Below are positions 42,794 to 43,271 of a DNA stretch of 43,271 nt, piece after piece; the stretch's first letter is position 1, and the number at the start of each line of letters is the position of its first letter. Where the stretch lies: positions 1 through 43,271 of the IMG/VR virus record IMGVR_UViG_3300012943_000686; one strand, 5' to 3'. The translations under genes and the position numbers were made by a program. This DNA comes from a virus. Lineage: Duplodnaviria; Caudoviricetes. The notes beneath the pieces are model-generated. The model worked only from the letters and a program-made list of their open reading frames with translations. It did no database searches and was not told where the DNA came from.

Positions 42794-42843
42794 ACCCCTT
42801 GGTAAGGGGTAGGTCGTGAGTTCGATTCTCACCTCCGGCACCA
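42794..42843 (+). tRNA. 3' fragment of tRNA-Thr(GGT) = attachment site (attR, or attP if episomal)
   Basis: ACCCC-TTGGTAA-GGGGT, AGGTC, GTGAG-TTCGATT-CTCAC, CTCCGGC-A-CCA; no D arm or 5' acceptor strand. Confidence 0.9.
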
Positions 42844-43043
42844 GTTTTCCCAGATTTTCCGCTGCTTAACAGCATCGCCCTTACGGGTCGTGCTGCCCGG
42901 TTTCTCGTTGCTCTGGCGCGCCGATCCGCCCCGGACCGGAACATATAAGCGAGCGCTGCGTTAACCCAGAATGTCATCGCAACGGTCTGCCACGGCCTCG
43001 ATTATTGGAGCTTCCGGTCAGATTTGCACTGGTGAGGGCTTGC

Positions 43044-43271
43044 ATGAGTTTCACCCAATTGGACCCCCAGCTCCCTGTCACAGTAGAAGGCAAGGGTGCG
43101 GGCTATGCGTTTGCCGTGATTGATTATGGTCAGGAGCATAATCTGATCTGGGTCGTGGCGTTGAACGACAGCGGAGAGATCTGGTGTTCGCCGAACCCCA
43201 AGGTCAGGTTGTGCACCAACTGGACCATGGGCAGAGCGCCGATCAATCACCTCAAAATGGCTGCGGAATAG
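43044..43271 (+). CDS. Conserved hypothetical protein beyond att (MSFTQLDPQLPV...)
   Basis: GAGG SD before ATG 43044; IDYG.EH.L.WV...GE.W..N..VR motif. Confidence 0.7.
   Translation: MSFTQLDPQLPVTVEGKGAGYAFAVIDYGQEHNLIWVVALNDSGEIWCSPNPKVRLCTNWTMGRAPINHLKMAAE

Larger units (their letters stand above)
1..42843. mobile_element. Temperate podovirus-like prophage; right end at tRNA-Thr att, left end not seen in window
   Basis: Replication, packaging, head, short-tail, ejection, lysis, xis/int genes and tRNA-derived att; no tape measure or sheath recognised. Confidence 0.95.

Noticed and set aside
42770-42843. Complete tRNA gene
   Set aside because: D arm and 5' acceptor strand are replaced by AT-rich arm sequence
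42939-42954. Second LexA box GAAC-ATATAAGC-GAGC
   Set aside because: Spacer is 8 nt and second half-site mismatched

Overview
The window is almost entirely one temperate, short-tailed (P22/APSE/BPP-1-like gene order) prophage of about 43 kb. The host is probably an alphaproteobacterium, inferred from a GAAC-N7-GAAC SOS box and the gene content. Left to right: family A DNA polymerase operon (-); a LexA-boxed ORF converging on an XRE repressor; a recombination/replication operon (RuvC-like, Sak4-like ATPase, SSB-like, SF2 helicase, SprT-like, Cas4-like nuclease, primase-helicase); a leftward early operon of small genes, one frameshifted; an AT-rich origin-like and a G/C-tract terminus-like non-coding region; terminase, portal, scaffold, capsid, tail and ejection genes with an embedded cupin plus fatty-acid desaturase; two counter-oriented envelope genes; a phosphoesterase / nucleoside deoxyribosyltransferase / dNTP diphosphohydrolase cluster; endolysin, MT-A70 methylase, holin, spanins; xis, int; and an att site made of the 3' half of tRNA-Thr(GGT). 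The strongest signal not explained by gene calls is the palindrome TACGCGCGTA, present 9 times, always intergenic and always in or beside a sigma70-like promoter, at the head of 7 loci covering replication, morphogenesis and lysis/excision. With a repressor lacking an obvious autocleavage domain, no cro, and an SOS-boxed convergent ORF, this suggests a single-repressor, genome-wide operator circuit. All protein calls come from motif recognition by eye, not database searches.
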